From Saccostrea echinata (lineage: Eukaryota): DNA of 64,000 bases. The notes under the pieces are model-generated. The model made no database searches. It was not told where the DNA came from and worked only from the letters and a program-made list of their open reading frames with translations. The stretch covers positions 11,532,001 to 11,596,000 of the forward strand of contig NW_026889778.1 of assembly GCF_033153115.1 (NCBI RefSeq), given 5' to 3'. Shown here in pieces: positions 9,352 through 41,500 of the stretch (its first letter is position 1; the number at the start of each line of letters is the position of its first letter). The position numbers were made by a program, and so were the translations under genes.

Positions 9352-9614
9352 CCCGTCTTTCTTTTTTTTTTATCTTGAAAATCTAATTCACTAATCGACT
9401 TTTTCTCGTGTTAACAACTTTATTGTGATACCTGTAGTAGTATGTTATACGTATTGTACTTCGAGAGTGCTCTGTTTCCATTAGGGATAAAAGAAGTAAT
9501 GTGCACATTTTACTGAAGGTGCCAGCACATTTTTTTCGCGCGGGGAGCGGGGGGGGGGGGAGGGATAAATTACCCTTTTCACACCTTATGCATAGGCCTA
9601 GACTGTATGCAGAA

Positions 9615-10189
9615 AAATTGATTAAAGCACACATTTTTAGAATCTTTAGATAAATGTGAAACTTACAATGAGCCACTTTTACTTTATATATTTGAATAAT
9701 ACTATTTTCTTTACTTGACATTTTCTTTCTATCAAGTTTATATACTGTAATGTACAGATTGTACATTCTGGTTCGTTGCCATGATGCTCTCAATGCCAAA
9801 TATGCACATTTTACTGGTAAGTCTATAACCACAACTTAGTAAAACTATTTCGATGTATTAATATATTCACAACGTTAACTTATAGCGATATCTATTGGCT
9901 ATACCATTATTTCCATGCCCATCACATTTTCATATTCCTCTAGTGTTAATCGCCTCGTTTTTGTTTTAACATCGGTTTCGATGACATCTAACGTTCTAAA
10001 AAAATTCCATAAGCTATAAGACTGGATACTGGCGAAAACGAACATTGAACATTTTGTTTTTTTAATCAGTAATAATAACTTTTTTTCTATATTACTTAAA
10101 TCAAGTTTTCATTGAATAATTCATTAATGGCGTTTTATCAAATAATTAAATGATTGCTTGTTGTCAGTTTCATTAAAAATTGCCACTAA

Positions 10190-10192
<3 letters not shown>
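9615..10192 (-). mobile_element. Fragment of the same repeat family as 28143-29597 (Helitron-like), truncated
   Basis: Shared blocks with ~28810-29362, e.g. GGTTCGTTGCCAYGATGCTCTCA and GATTGCTTGTTGTCAGTTTCATTAAAAATTGC. Confidence 0.7.

Positions 10193-10275
<83 letters not shown>
10193..10275. repeat. (TA)n microsatellite
   Basis: Pure AT dinucleotide run of about 83 bp. Confidence 0.99.
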
Positions 10276-10281
<6 letters not shown>

Positions 10282-12947
10282 AAGCACTACTAAGTAGATA
10301 CAAGGTCACGGATGGAAATTTATATAAAGCACTAAAAATGACCAACGACACGAACAATAATAATTGTCAAATTTTCGGGACAACCTGTCCCTTCCTCATG
10401 CAGGACAAAGAAAAAAGTTAAGAAGTCATAAAAACAAAGGAAACAGAGAAACAAAAACAACTAGCACTACTACTAAACTACCAAACACGAAATATTTACA
10501 GTGTTACATGTTTAGTTTGACGTTTATAAACAGTTGTGAACAAAGAAATCCGGAGCGCTATGAATATTGCGTCCGGTCTATCGGGTGTACTCTGGTGAAG
10601 TGCGATTTACATAATTGAACGAATTAATTATCGCTAATTAATTACGACCAAGCGCTAGCAGTAAATCGTACATTGTCTTATTCTCTCAAAATAGCGTAAC
10701 TATACATGATAAAAAGAAATTAAAGAAAGATAATATGGAAGGGCAATTTTAAAATATGAATTTGGATATATTATAAATTTGGAAATAGGATGAAAGACAT
10801 AAACAAAAATGTAAGCTGTAAATATTTGGGTAGGTTGTTTTAGAATTGCAAATGCAAATTAACGGTAAAGTTTACACTATATAGAGAGAATGAACTTGTT
10901 TGTTACAATCCGGGATTAATGGGTCTAGTTCACGTTCATCCTGGTGAAGTCATTTAGTTTCTTAATACCATTAGGGCGGAAGGACTTCAGCCTGTGCATC
11001 CAGAACTTTTCCTTGCCTTTTCACTGAGCGTCTGTCCATCTTGGATTATGGTCAATAACCACTACTGTCATGTTCTCCCATTTGTGACCTTCAAGGCTGA
11101 AATGTTCCCCAACGGGTTCATTTAGTTTTTTGTTCCTAATGGTAGAACGATGATTATTGACTTTCTTGCGGAGATCTCCTGTTTCACCAACATATACTGT
11201 TTGGAGCAAACTTTGCAACTGATGAGAAAATGCAGTTGTCTGTTTGACAGGACAAATTCCATAGTATTTTGTAGCTGCGGCCTGTAATGGGGCTGTTAAA
11301 GCTGTCTGTGTCAGAGCTGTGCTTACAGAGAAGACATATTCTGTCAGAGCAAGTTTTAAAGTCCCCGTTAGGTAATGGATTGTCCAATCTGGTTCTTACT
11401 ACCATGTCCTTTAGGTTCCTCGGGCGTCTGTATGCAGCCAATGGGGGTTCCTTAAAGACCTCTGCCATTCGTTTATTTGAGTGGAGAATTGGCAGATTCT
11501 TTTGAAGGATACCGCTGAGGTTCTTAAGGACGGGATGGTATGTGGTTACCAGAGGGACCCTGCCGCTATTGTCTTTTTCCTTGTAGCGTAATAGGTTTTG
11601 CCTGTCATGTCCCGCCATCTCGTCAATAGCAGTTTGTACGGTGTGGGCATTGTAGCCTCTCTTGCATAAGTGGGACTTGTGGAGACCGCTTTGTTCCTGA
11701 TAAAAGGCAGGGGATGAACAGATGCGCCGAATTCTGGTGGCTAGACCCTTAGGCACACCCTTAAATGTGTGTGGGGGATGACAGCTAATTGGCATAAGAT
11801 ACAGATGGGAATCTGTGGGTTTCGTGTGGAGACTGAACTCGATTTCACCATCAGTCAGGGTAGATGTAGTATCTAGGAATATGTTTTTCGAATTAGATAC
11901 GTTTTCTGTAAATTTGATAGACTGATGAAAGGTGTTGGCAAACGAAATGAATGCCTCGAGGCTCTAGCGACATTCCACCCACTTTATATCTATATTGTCA
12001 ATGAAACGCAACCAGCTAAGGGGTCTAAATGGTGCTTGAAGTAGCAAGTTGCGTTCAAGTCTGCCCATGAAAATATTGGCATTAGATGGTGCCATTTTCG
12101 TACCCATAGCAGTGCCATTAACCTGCAGGTAATGTTCTCCATTAAACATGAAGTTGTTATACTTGAGAACATGTTCAAGGAGCTTGGCAAGGGACTCGGT
12201 AGAAGGAATTTGTATGGATCTACTATCCCAGACTTCTCTACAGGCTCTACTCTCATCGTGCGGAATATTGGTGTACAAAGATGTGACGTCCATAGTCACG
12301 AGAAGGGTATGAACTGGAAGGCCAGTAGAGGGCGACTTGTTAATGTACAATGTAGTCCGTGGTGTCCTTGAGATAGGATGGCAAATTCTCTACGTGTGGA
12401 CGGAGATGTAATCAATGTATTCAGAAATTTTCTCCGTGGGGTGTCCAATTGCGCTAACTATAGGGCGACCTGGGCATACCTTCTTTGTGTATCTTAGGAA
12501 GCAGATAAAATTGTCCTGGTCTACAGTCAATAGGATTGAGTGTCTTATAGACGTTCATACCAATCTCGTTTTTCTCAAACATTTCGTCAAGAGTTTTGGT
12601 GATGGCGGTGGAGAATTCTTTAGTAGGGTTAGAGTCCAGTTTCTTATAGAAACGTTCGTCTGAGAGTTGTCTATGGGCCTCCGCCATGTACGTCTCTTTA
12701 TCAACTACTACTACTGTAGAACCTTTTTCTGCTTTCTTGATCACTATGTCATCTGGATTCTTTAATGATTGTAAGGCGGGTCTCTCTTCCTTACATAAAT
12801 TGCTGGGGACCTTGTTTGGCATTGAAAGGAGCTTCTCTATGTCTGACTCAACGGCGTCAATATACGACTCAAGGGCTCCGCATTTACCCGGTGCAGGTTC
12901 CCAGTCACTTTTGGGCCGATAGAGTTTGTGTTTCTCTAGGTCGTGCA
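10276..12947 (-). mobile_element. Penelope-like retroelement (RT plus GIY-YIG endonuclease), 5'-truncated and frameshifted
   Basis: Fragments: [12 protein letters not shown]; FYLLPKIHK; [12 protein letters not shown]; [18 protein letters not shown]; WLRFIDNI; [14 protein letters not shown]; [16 protein letters not shown]. The ORF ends at ~10925. Boundaries are approximate. Confidence 0.92.
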
Positions 12948-14553
12948 ATTGTGACTGAGAAGAGTCAATACCTCAATTCCAATACTACAAACACATGTGA
13001 ATAAATGTAGTATTGTCTAAACCTGAGAGATATTGACCGAATGAATCCCTAGTAAGGCAAATTATCAAAGTACATGTAAGTTATGTAAATACTGTCAACT
13101 ACGTCCCCGAGTGAGTGTAAACCCCACCTCCACCCCAAAAACCTACACAATGTTTGGGTTTAAATAATGTTTCATTGTATTAAACAACTTTCGAAAAGTG
13201 AAATTCTCGTTTGGGAATTGAAGAATCACTTCATTTTTTTTTCACTATATATTTCATTGAAAAAAAAATTATAAAAAAAATATTGTGAGGTCAATTTAAT
13301 CCCTGTTTCCATTTTTTTTTTTTTTACTTATTAAATTGTGCATTTTTTTCACATGTATTCCCTAAAAATACTAAGTAAATTATGATTCATTTATGAAATT
13401 GTAAAGTCAAAATTTTTAGCTAAATATACTCTGATTTCTTTACAAATTTGTCCCCGTGAAATTTAACTTTTGCATTTGACAGATATCTTTGCAAAGCCTA
13501 CATGTACAGATATAAAAATCATCATTTTGAATTATGTGAAGAACTACAAATAATTCTGCATTTTATAATGTTATATGCAAATAACGTTGCAATGCTTTTT
13601 TCCAAAAAACTTTTATAAAACATATCATAAAAAATATTTCCTCACTTATGGCCATACATGTACGTTCTCGAGTAATCCCCCCCTCCCCCCGGTCGAGCCT
13701 TTTTTCAACACAAACGCCCTCATTTTCAATTTAACTGCAACTCTTTGATACACATATGCAGTCAAAAAAAATTGCTCTGATTTCCATCTTAACAACAAGG
13801 AAAGAAATTAATTAACTTCATGAAGACTGGACGTGCGCAGATCCAGGATTTTTTTTTTTTCAGAGAAGGGGGAGGGGCATACCCACTAAAAAAAAAATCC
13901 TCAGAAATGTTTAGACAAGCAAAAAAAGTTTTCTAGGGGTGGACCGTGTTTTCTGGGGGTGAGGGGATTTCCACGGGTAATATTTTCTGAATCCCCCTGA
14001 CACACACTCCGACAAGAGCATGCTAAACATGAGTATAAAAATGGGAACTCATTTTGTAAATTAACTTAATTATATGATGAATATAGTAGTGTATGAAAAA
14101 ATTCTTGAATTTCTCCTGGATCGATCATTATGGTATGCTTACATGTATGTTAAAAATCAGTTACAAAGTGAAAAAAGTCTATTAATTAAACAATCGTTGT
14201 ATTATTAAAAAAAATAAAATAAGGGGGGAATAATGCAAAAAATAACGCATATTATTGCACACATTCAGCAAAGACTGCTAAGAATTTGATTGATTCAATG
14301 ATTTTTTTTTTTTAACAAATTATGTATGAATTATCTAGAGGCAATTCGCATATTTCCGATATATCCGATTGTGACCTATTTTTCCGCAAGTGGACTTCCG
14401 TATACGTCAGACTCGAGATCTCGTCTAAAGTCACGTGAACGTGTCCTTTTCTTCGAAGAAAGTGGAAGTTGGCATCCCGGTGTTAAACCAACCAACAGAA
14501 AGTTCAGCAAAGAGAAAAAATACAGACGGGTCGTTGAATTGAAAACGCCCAAT

Positions 14554-21829
<7,276 letters not shown>

Positions 21830-23903
21830 ACAAAGACTAGACTTTAAAGACATTAAATCATTTCTCCATCAGCCTTTTCATACAACTGACAGGACATTTC
21901 ATTTTAAAGGTTTTAAAACACATCAGTCATACTGCTTCCCTTTGTTGATAAGTGAGGATGGAATGAATACTTTATGTAATTTATTTTAAAAAAAATAACC
22001 TTTAAAAAAATTGTTTATATTTTGAACAGCTGTATTTATTTTTGTTTGAATTGTATATAGAAAAATAATGTCATATTTACATTTGTATTTATGACTATAT
22101 TTATCATTTTTGATAGTGAAAAAAACTAAAGTATTAAAGATGAAAGATGGAAAGGAAAAGGTTGTTTATTAAAGAAGCATTGCATGTAAGCTTTCACTCA
22201 GTTTTCTGGAAAAAAAGCTCTTATTGTCAGTCCAAGGAATCTGTTTTCTCACCGAGATGCTTGATTAGTGGTAATGGTTCTTCATTGTTGTGGTAACAAT
22301 GTAGGTTATGTCTGGAAGAATGAAGTGAATAAGTGTGTTTCATTATAGAATTTTTTTATATGTTACAAAATGTGAGAAAGAAAAATAAAAATGGAGAAAA
22401 AATGTTTTTGTTGATGTTATTTACATGTACAACTACAAGCAAGACTTCTTGGATTTAAGAAGTATGATCTCGATTTTTAGTGGGCTTACACTTCTTCAAG
22501 CAATCCAAATATTTTTTTTTATGGAAAGAACAATGCCCCACCCCTTCTAGACTTCTAGTTTACAATTCTGACATAAAACTTTTGTAAATGTAAACTGGGT
22601 TGTGCAGTTTAGTACCTTCCATAATACATGTATGTCAAGGTTAAGGAATGATGTCATGTAAATAGTGTTGTGGACATGGTATGTACAGCACCCTGACCCT
22701 TCCTTGAGACACTGGATTTTGCCCTATCAATTTTTGAGTAGGAGGTAAATGGCTCAAGGAACTTTCCTATTGATCTTAGGGTCACAGAATGAAAGAAAGT
22801 AATAAGCTCTTAGAGCATTTTATATGTTGTACAATTTTAATTCTGTATCATTTGGCAATAACACTATATTGTAAAATTACCATTTGACTTTTCTCAAACA
22901 TGCTAGAGAAGCATAAAGATCAAAGGAAGATCCCACTGATTTTCAAGTCAATGGCAGTAATATTATTCCTAAATGATAAGTGACAGAGAAAAAGGATTAT
23001 TATGTGCAAGTGATCTAGCAGGTAAAGTACAGTTATTGGTTTTTCTAATGTTTTAAACATATCAAGTCATTGAACCAAATACTATTCTTTGAGTTATATT
23101 TTGATCAGGCCAGTGTTTGCTTAATTTTCCAATATGCCATAGTTGCCTACTGCACAGAGTACACATTAGGTATTTCACCTGCATGCTCCATAAACTGAGA
23201 GTGTGCATTAGAAATTTTACATACATGTCCTTGTAATAAATATAAGTAAAAAACAAATAATATGGTTTTCTCTTCCTTTTTCTCTGAAGAGATCAAAGGT
23301 TAGACCCATTAGACACACTCTCTGCCTTCTAATCTCCAACTGCCTTTGTAAATACATGTACATGTATTAAAATATTTTCCTACTGGATGAAAGCTCAAGA
23401 TTTGGCAAGCATACTCAAAATGTAAAGCTCATTTGCATGCTAGTAATAGATCAAGTTTTTGGCAAAACAAATCATAGCTTCTACTATGTTGTACATGTAC
23501 ATGATTTGTTCAATGTTAAAATTTTAAATTTCATAAATTTGATCGTCATTCCCATTTGTCTATGGATGTGAATATTTTGTGTTCTATATTACATGTACAT
23601 GCACTTTGTCATATGAAAGACCTGAAGGAATGTTAAATGTATCCAAATTCAGAAGGGATAGTTAAAACTGAATCAGGCAAGTTTATGTTTTCAATAAATT
23701 TAATGCAGCATTATGTACATGTACATATAAAGAGAAATGTATCAGCTGATGAGAAAATGCAACATGAAGTGAGATTTCTTCTCATGAGACAAAGCCTGGG
23801 CAATGTTGCAATGTCGACAGCAGTTTGTTCATGGATTCCAATAGAAAAGGTTCACAATCTATCACTTTGTTCTGATCTGTCACTGTTTTTGAACACACAG
23901 TTT

Positions 23904-35866
<11,963 letters not shown>

Positions 35867-37336
35867 CTAAGTCGTGTAAACGCTTAAAGTTAGGAATAGT
35901 TTCTCACTCAATATTAAGCTTTAGGAGAACTATGATTAATGATTGCCAAAAATTCTTTTAATTACGACTATGTCAGAACAATTAAAGATAAAATGAGACT
36001 AGATGTCTCCAGACATTAACATTGATATATGCGGAACCTAAAAATTTAATGTGCATTACTAATACTAAAATCAACATACAGATTTTACGACTATTGATAA
36101 CGAAAACAAGTCGCACATGCGCAGCTGCCATAGAAACAATCATGTTTATATCCGCTAAGCGGAATTCATGCATATTTTATGTTATGGCTTAATTTTAACG
36201 CTTAGGCTGTCCATTTACACGCAATATCTGCATAGGGAATAACATTCAATAACAGGGAACAAAGGTATAGTTTTTCGTGTGTAATTAATCCCAGGGAAAT
36301 TGCTACAGATAAAGGTTTTAATCGACGATCAATTACTTGGGTCAGCCTCACTTTGTTAGGAGGATGCATAAACTGCACGAAACACGATGCATGCATCTGT
36401 GTTTGATAATGACGGTGTTTTATATTCTTTAAATGTTATCCCAAATGGATGTCATCATCAACTGCTAGTATTTCACGTGTATAAAAACCATGCAGTCATA
36501 CATAATATAAATTTATGAGAGAGTCATTTTACGTGTGCTTTTGATTATCATTTTGATTATATTTTTTCAGTAATCAAAACGGTATGATTTTATTTTGTTA
36601 GCATCCTTCATAAATTTCCCTTTCCCCTCACACACTGTCATCATAAGATGAGCAGGACGCATATTGCTCTGCTGCAAAAAATATACATATTTAATGAGTG
36701 CTTTGAAAATAGAACTGTTTATATTTGTTTCAATTATTCTCGAGGCTTTAATGGACTTACAGATAAAAGAAATTCAATTAAGTTAATTGTGATAAGAGGA
36801 AATAGATAGATTTGAGTAAATGATTTTGGATATTAATAGTGGAAAAAATCTGCACAATTTTTCATTCCAAATGCAGTTACAATGGTAAACATGATTAGTT
36901 TGATGGATATCAATTTAAAAACAGGACTTCAACACATCATAAACATGCAAATCAGTAACACTGATGTAAAGAAGTGAGTGGGTGCATACTTAATGATTCT
37001 GTCTTGGAGAAACAATATGACAGAGGAATATGTAGCATCCTTCATGAATTTTTATCTGAGTGTAAGTGATGTGTATATTTCAGTCTGCCTGTAGCTTTTC
37101 CACTATGGATAAGTACTTTTTTTTTATTTACATATTAATGTATTTCTCTGAGTATGAAATGTCAAAGATTCAGACATCATTTATACAATGCACATTTTGT
37201 GTGTGTTTGACTCTTTAAGGATTTTCTGGAAATTCATTGATAAATCATTATTGCATACTGATCTATTTATTGATATGTAATAAACATGACTCTTTCATTT
37301 ATTGATTATTCATTGACAATTATTTATGGTCATTAT

Positions 37337-38416
37337 TAGGGATGTCAAATCGGTCAATATTTGATAATCGGTTACTCGGATGATTTTCCGATCGAGTACC
37401 CGGGTACTCGGAAAAAGTGTTTATACATGTAAACTTTGAGACCTGTTTACCACATCGATGTTTTCTTTCGTTTATAACATGTTATAATGCATGTACATAA
37501 ACATCGAGCCCAACGAGAACGATTTTTTGGTACTTAATTTATTTATCAAACAAACACAAATAACATGATCAATTAAAACAACAATAATTACAAATGCTTA
37601 AAAGTTCTTATTTATGAAGACAATTTGGTCAACGGAAGAGAAGGACGCAACTTTGTAATGATTAGACTAGCGAGAGAGAATATCTTTGGGAACAGTGGGG
37701 AATGGACTCTGTCATGATCGCGAGTCGTATATTATTTACATTTGCAAATGTTTTCTTTGTGATAACTCTGAAAGTTAAGTATGTTAATTTCTCGATATTT
37801 ACAACTCCACCCGTTATGCATAAATTATTCCACGTTTCCAACTGCCGTTGATGCTCTGGTATGCACAGCAAACTAAAAAGTGATTCCTTTAATATATGGT
37901 TGTTTCCACTCTATACGCATAATTTACCATGCACATGCAGGTGCCTTTTAACATTTTTTTAATCTTTGGTTATTTATAAATAGTTTGGTGAATTGGTAGC
38001 CGTATTTCTATGTATGTCCGATTTCGTTTCTGTATGCTAATTGAATAATCATAGAATAGTTAATAGATCATAATTAAACGATGTTCATTGAAAACAAATA
38101 ATGAAAGCCATCTAAAAATTAGGGTCACAAGAGGTGAGAACGGCTGTGCACAGGGTCCAGTGATTAATTACTGTATATACACGAACACAGCCACAGGCGA
38201 TAACGGGTATTAACTGGTGTAGGTGACGGTAATTACTGTATAGACATGGACAATTCATATTCAAATCACATTTTTTGATAAGTTTTTAACAAATACATGC
38301 ACTTTGAAATATGAAAAAAAAAATACACATCCGAGTAACCGAGTACCAATTTTGGTATTCGATACTCGGACGTTCGAGCGAGTACCCGGTTAACCGGTTA
38401 CTCGTTGACATCCCTA
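37337..38416. mobile_element. hAT-like non-autonomous element
   Basis: TAGGGATGTCAA...TTGACATCCCTA termini; 8-bp TSD GTCATTAT; CGAGTA subterminal repeats. Confidence 0.9.
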
Positions 38417-38581
38417 GTCATTATACATTTTTATGATTTCATATCATTGATGTTTGGACAAAATTTTCAAATTGGATTTTTTTTCAAAAAATTTCAGATG
38501 ATATTACCTGATCAGTTATAAATCTTAAGACCCATTAATAAGGGCAACATATTAATTTTGAATTATTTGCTAAATTTGCAG

Positions 38582-41500
38582 ATGAGTGATGTAGAAAGTG
38601 AAGATGGAAGGGAAAAGGAGGAGGAGGAAGAAGAGCCACTTAAGTATGCCCCCGCTATCAGTGCTCTTCCTCCCAAGGTCATACAGCAGGAGGAAAGCCA
38701 GGTAGAAGTGTCAGCTAGCCCTGCCTTCCAGTGTTTAGAGGAGGTATGTGTATTTCTGAACCTTATTAACTAATTCTTATCAATGTTAATCATTTTTCTT
38801 CACATTTATTTAACAAATTCTATTCTTTGTTGCTTTGTAGCAATTTCTTTCGTTAATTTCATTGCATGTATTTTATTTTAGAATCTGACATTAACGAATT
38901 GAATCATATTCAATACATTATTTGAACAATGAATTATTGAGACTCATTGATTTTATCTTAATATTTTTTACCCTAACAGAAAAATAGAATGTAAAAGTTA
39001 AGACTGTTAAAGAATATTCTGTCATCAAAACTTCTTTTTCCTCCAGCTCTTTCAAGAGGGCAAACTGACAGGGACAAAGGTGGCTCTTTTGAAATCCAAA
39101 TACACAGAACTGCATGACACTCTGAAAAAGTAAGCATTAATAATTTCCTCAAGCTCAACTGAAAAATGTGAAAATTTCATCGTAGAGATTTTTAACACTC
39201 AGTTATGTCCCTTTTCAGAACTAGAGAAAGTGAAACTAATTTACTAAAAAAGGCAAAAGAGTTCACAGTGACACTTGAGAAACAGAGGAGTGAGCTAGAG
39301 AAGGGAGATAACTTTCCTGCGGGGTCTAATGCTAATGAAGTTACGAAGCTTAGGGAGCAGTACCTTAAGTTCAGGAATGAGACGGAGAAAGCGGAGGACA
39401 GGAAGTACCAAGTGGAATATAGATTAGAAATGTAAGCTTTACTAACATCAAATAATTAAAGGTTAATTAAAGTCAAACCTCGTTATTCCAAACTCAATGG
39501 GACCAAGAAAAAACTTCGAGATAAACTCCAAGAATTCTAGGTATCAAAGGTAAAATATTTAAAGAATAAGTGTTTGAGACTTAAAGATCACTTCGACATA
39601 TCTATGGTATTCAAGATATTGGTGTTCGAGATACTGAAGTTCAACTGTACTAAATTTATGAATTAAATATCCTTTAGTAAAGGAACATGTTGTAAATCTT
39701 TGCATTGGCTTAGCTTGGAAATTCAGCACAAGAAATTGATACCTTTGATTACATTAACATCAAATAATTCAGATATCATGCTGTTATTTAATTCTCTTTG
39801 TAAATCAGTAATGCATTTTCAGTAAATTATCCTTCTTTTTTTTTGTTCTCTAGTCTCACAGAGGAGAAGAAAATCATGGAAAGAGAATATGCAAGGATGC
39901 CAAAGCAAGGGGTAGGATTTTTTTTTTTTTACATTCAAGTCTTTTCTTTTCTCAGATCACTTTTTTTAAAATGAAAAATGTATTTTAATCATATTGATTC
40001 ATCGTTTGCAGGAGATAGAGAAGAAGATCAAAGAATTACAGGCGGCCTGTGAGGAACTGAAAAAAGAAATCAATAATCGTCAGCTGGAGTCAAAAACTCT
40101 GAAGGAAGATGTAGAAAACACAAAACGGGAAAACGTCCTCGAAGCCAAAGAACTGGAGAAGGCTCAGGATGAAATGGAGAAACTTAAGGTAAGGTTTGGG
40201 TAGGGTAGCAGAAGAAGATATAAAAAAAAAAAAATCAACATTGTTAGCGTTACTCTATGAACATTACTTGTAGATATTAAGAAAATGAACGTAGATATTA
40301 AGAGAATGAAAAAGAAATATTGAATAGTTATTTTCAAAATAATTTGAACCTTAATAGATTTTTTCTTCTGTTTAGAGACCATCCACAATGTAGCAGGTTT
40401 ATCATTTCAATGACGTAATGTTCATATTTTAACAGGCTGACTTAGTTCAGGTGAACACACTGCCAAACCAACTAGCAAAGGAAGCAGACAAGCTAGTCCG
40501 ACAGAAAAAGTAAGAAAATCACTTTGTTTATAAATGAAGCATATATATATGCAATTAGTATATTTCATTTGTTTTTGTCCTGCATTGAATGCAGGTTTAT
40601 GACAATATTTTACTTTTCACCCTACTTAAAAAACAATTTTCAATGTGTAGTTTATTGTGACAGGTTTTCTTTCCCTTTACATTTCTTTCAGTTGAAAAAT
40701 AATAATCAAATAGAAAATAGAGGTCACCTACTCTGCCCATATTGTATAAATACACGTACCATAAAATTTAACACTTTTTATCACATAAAAAACATGATTT
40801 TCTTTTCTTTTAATTTGTTAAATTCAGTCAATATGACTGTAAGTTTGATTTAAACAATGACAAATTATAATAACAAATACAAAAAAATAACAATATCAAA
40901 ACAGATTTTAATAATAACTGCTCCTCTTTCTTCAACAGTGAAATTGAAAATAAAGTTCGAGGGTTAGACTCCGAGTATCAGGAGGCATTAGACATGGTTC
41001 AGATGCTGGAGAAGAAACATCGTGAGATGGATGAAGAGCGCTACGAGATCACAAACGAGCTAAAGAAGCAGCAGGATCTACTGACTCAGCGGGAACGGGA
41101 ACTCGCGGAACTGATGAAGGACTACGAGTATGCCAAGGACAAGGAAGCAGTGCTTAATGCTGACAGGTGATTAACTTAGCAAGATTTAAGGGGGGGGGGG
41201 GGGGGTAGTATCCTTGGAAATTTCTCAAGTGAAACAATTCTTTCCCTGCTATAGATAATATTATGTAGTTCATTGCATATGTAACAATCATGAATGTAAA
41301 ATTAAAAGTAGACTTTCTAATGTATTATGATTAATTATCCTTATTCTGTGAGAAAAAAGATTAATCTATGAAACTATCAACCTATATCGTATTCTTCCTG
41401 CATTTCATGATCTCATTTATTTTCAACAGAGCTACATTAGACATGAACTTAAGACACATACAGTTAGAGAAAAAGAACAACCATGATGTCTTGTCAAGGA

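Noticed and set aside
10124-10421. ORFs with YIYIYI runs
   Set aside because: Translation of the (TA)n microsatellite.
10276-10960. Hammerhead ribozyme expected in a Penelope terminal repeat
   Set aside because: No convincing CTGANGA...GAAA core was found by eye on either strand; a covariance-model search is needed.
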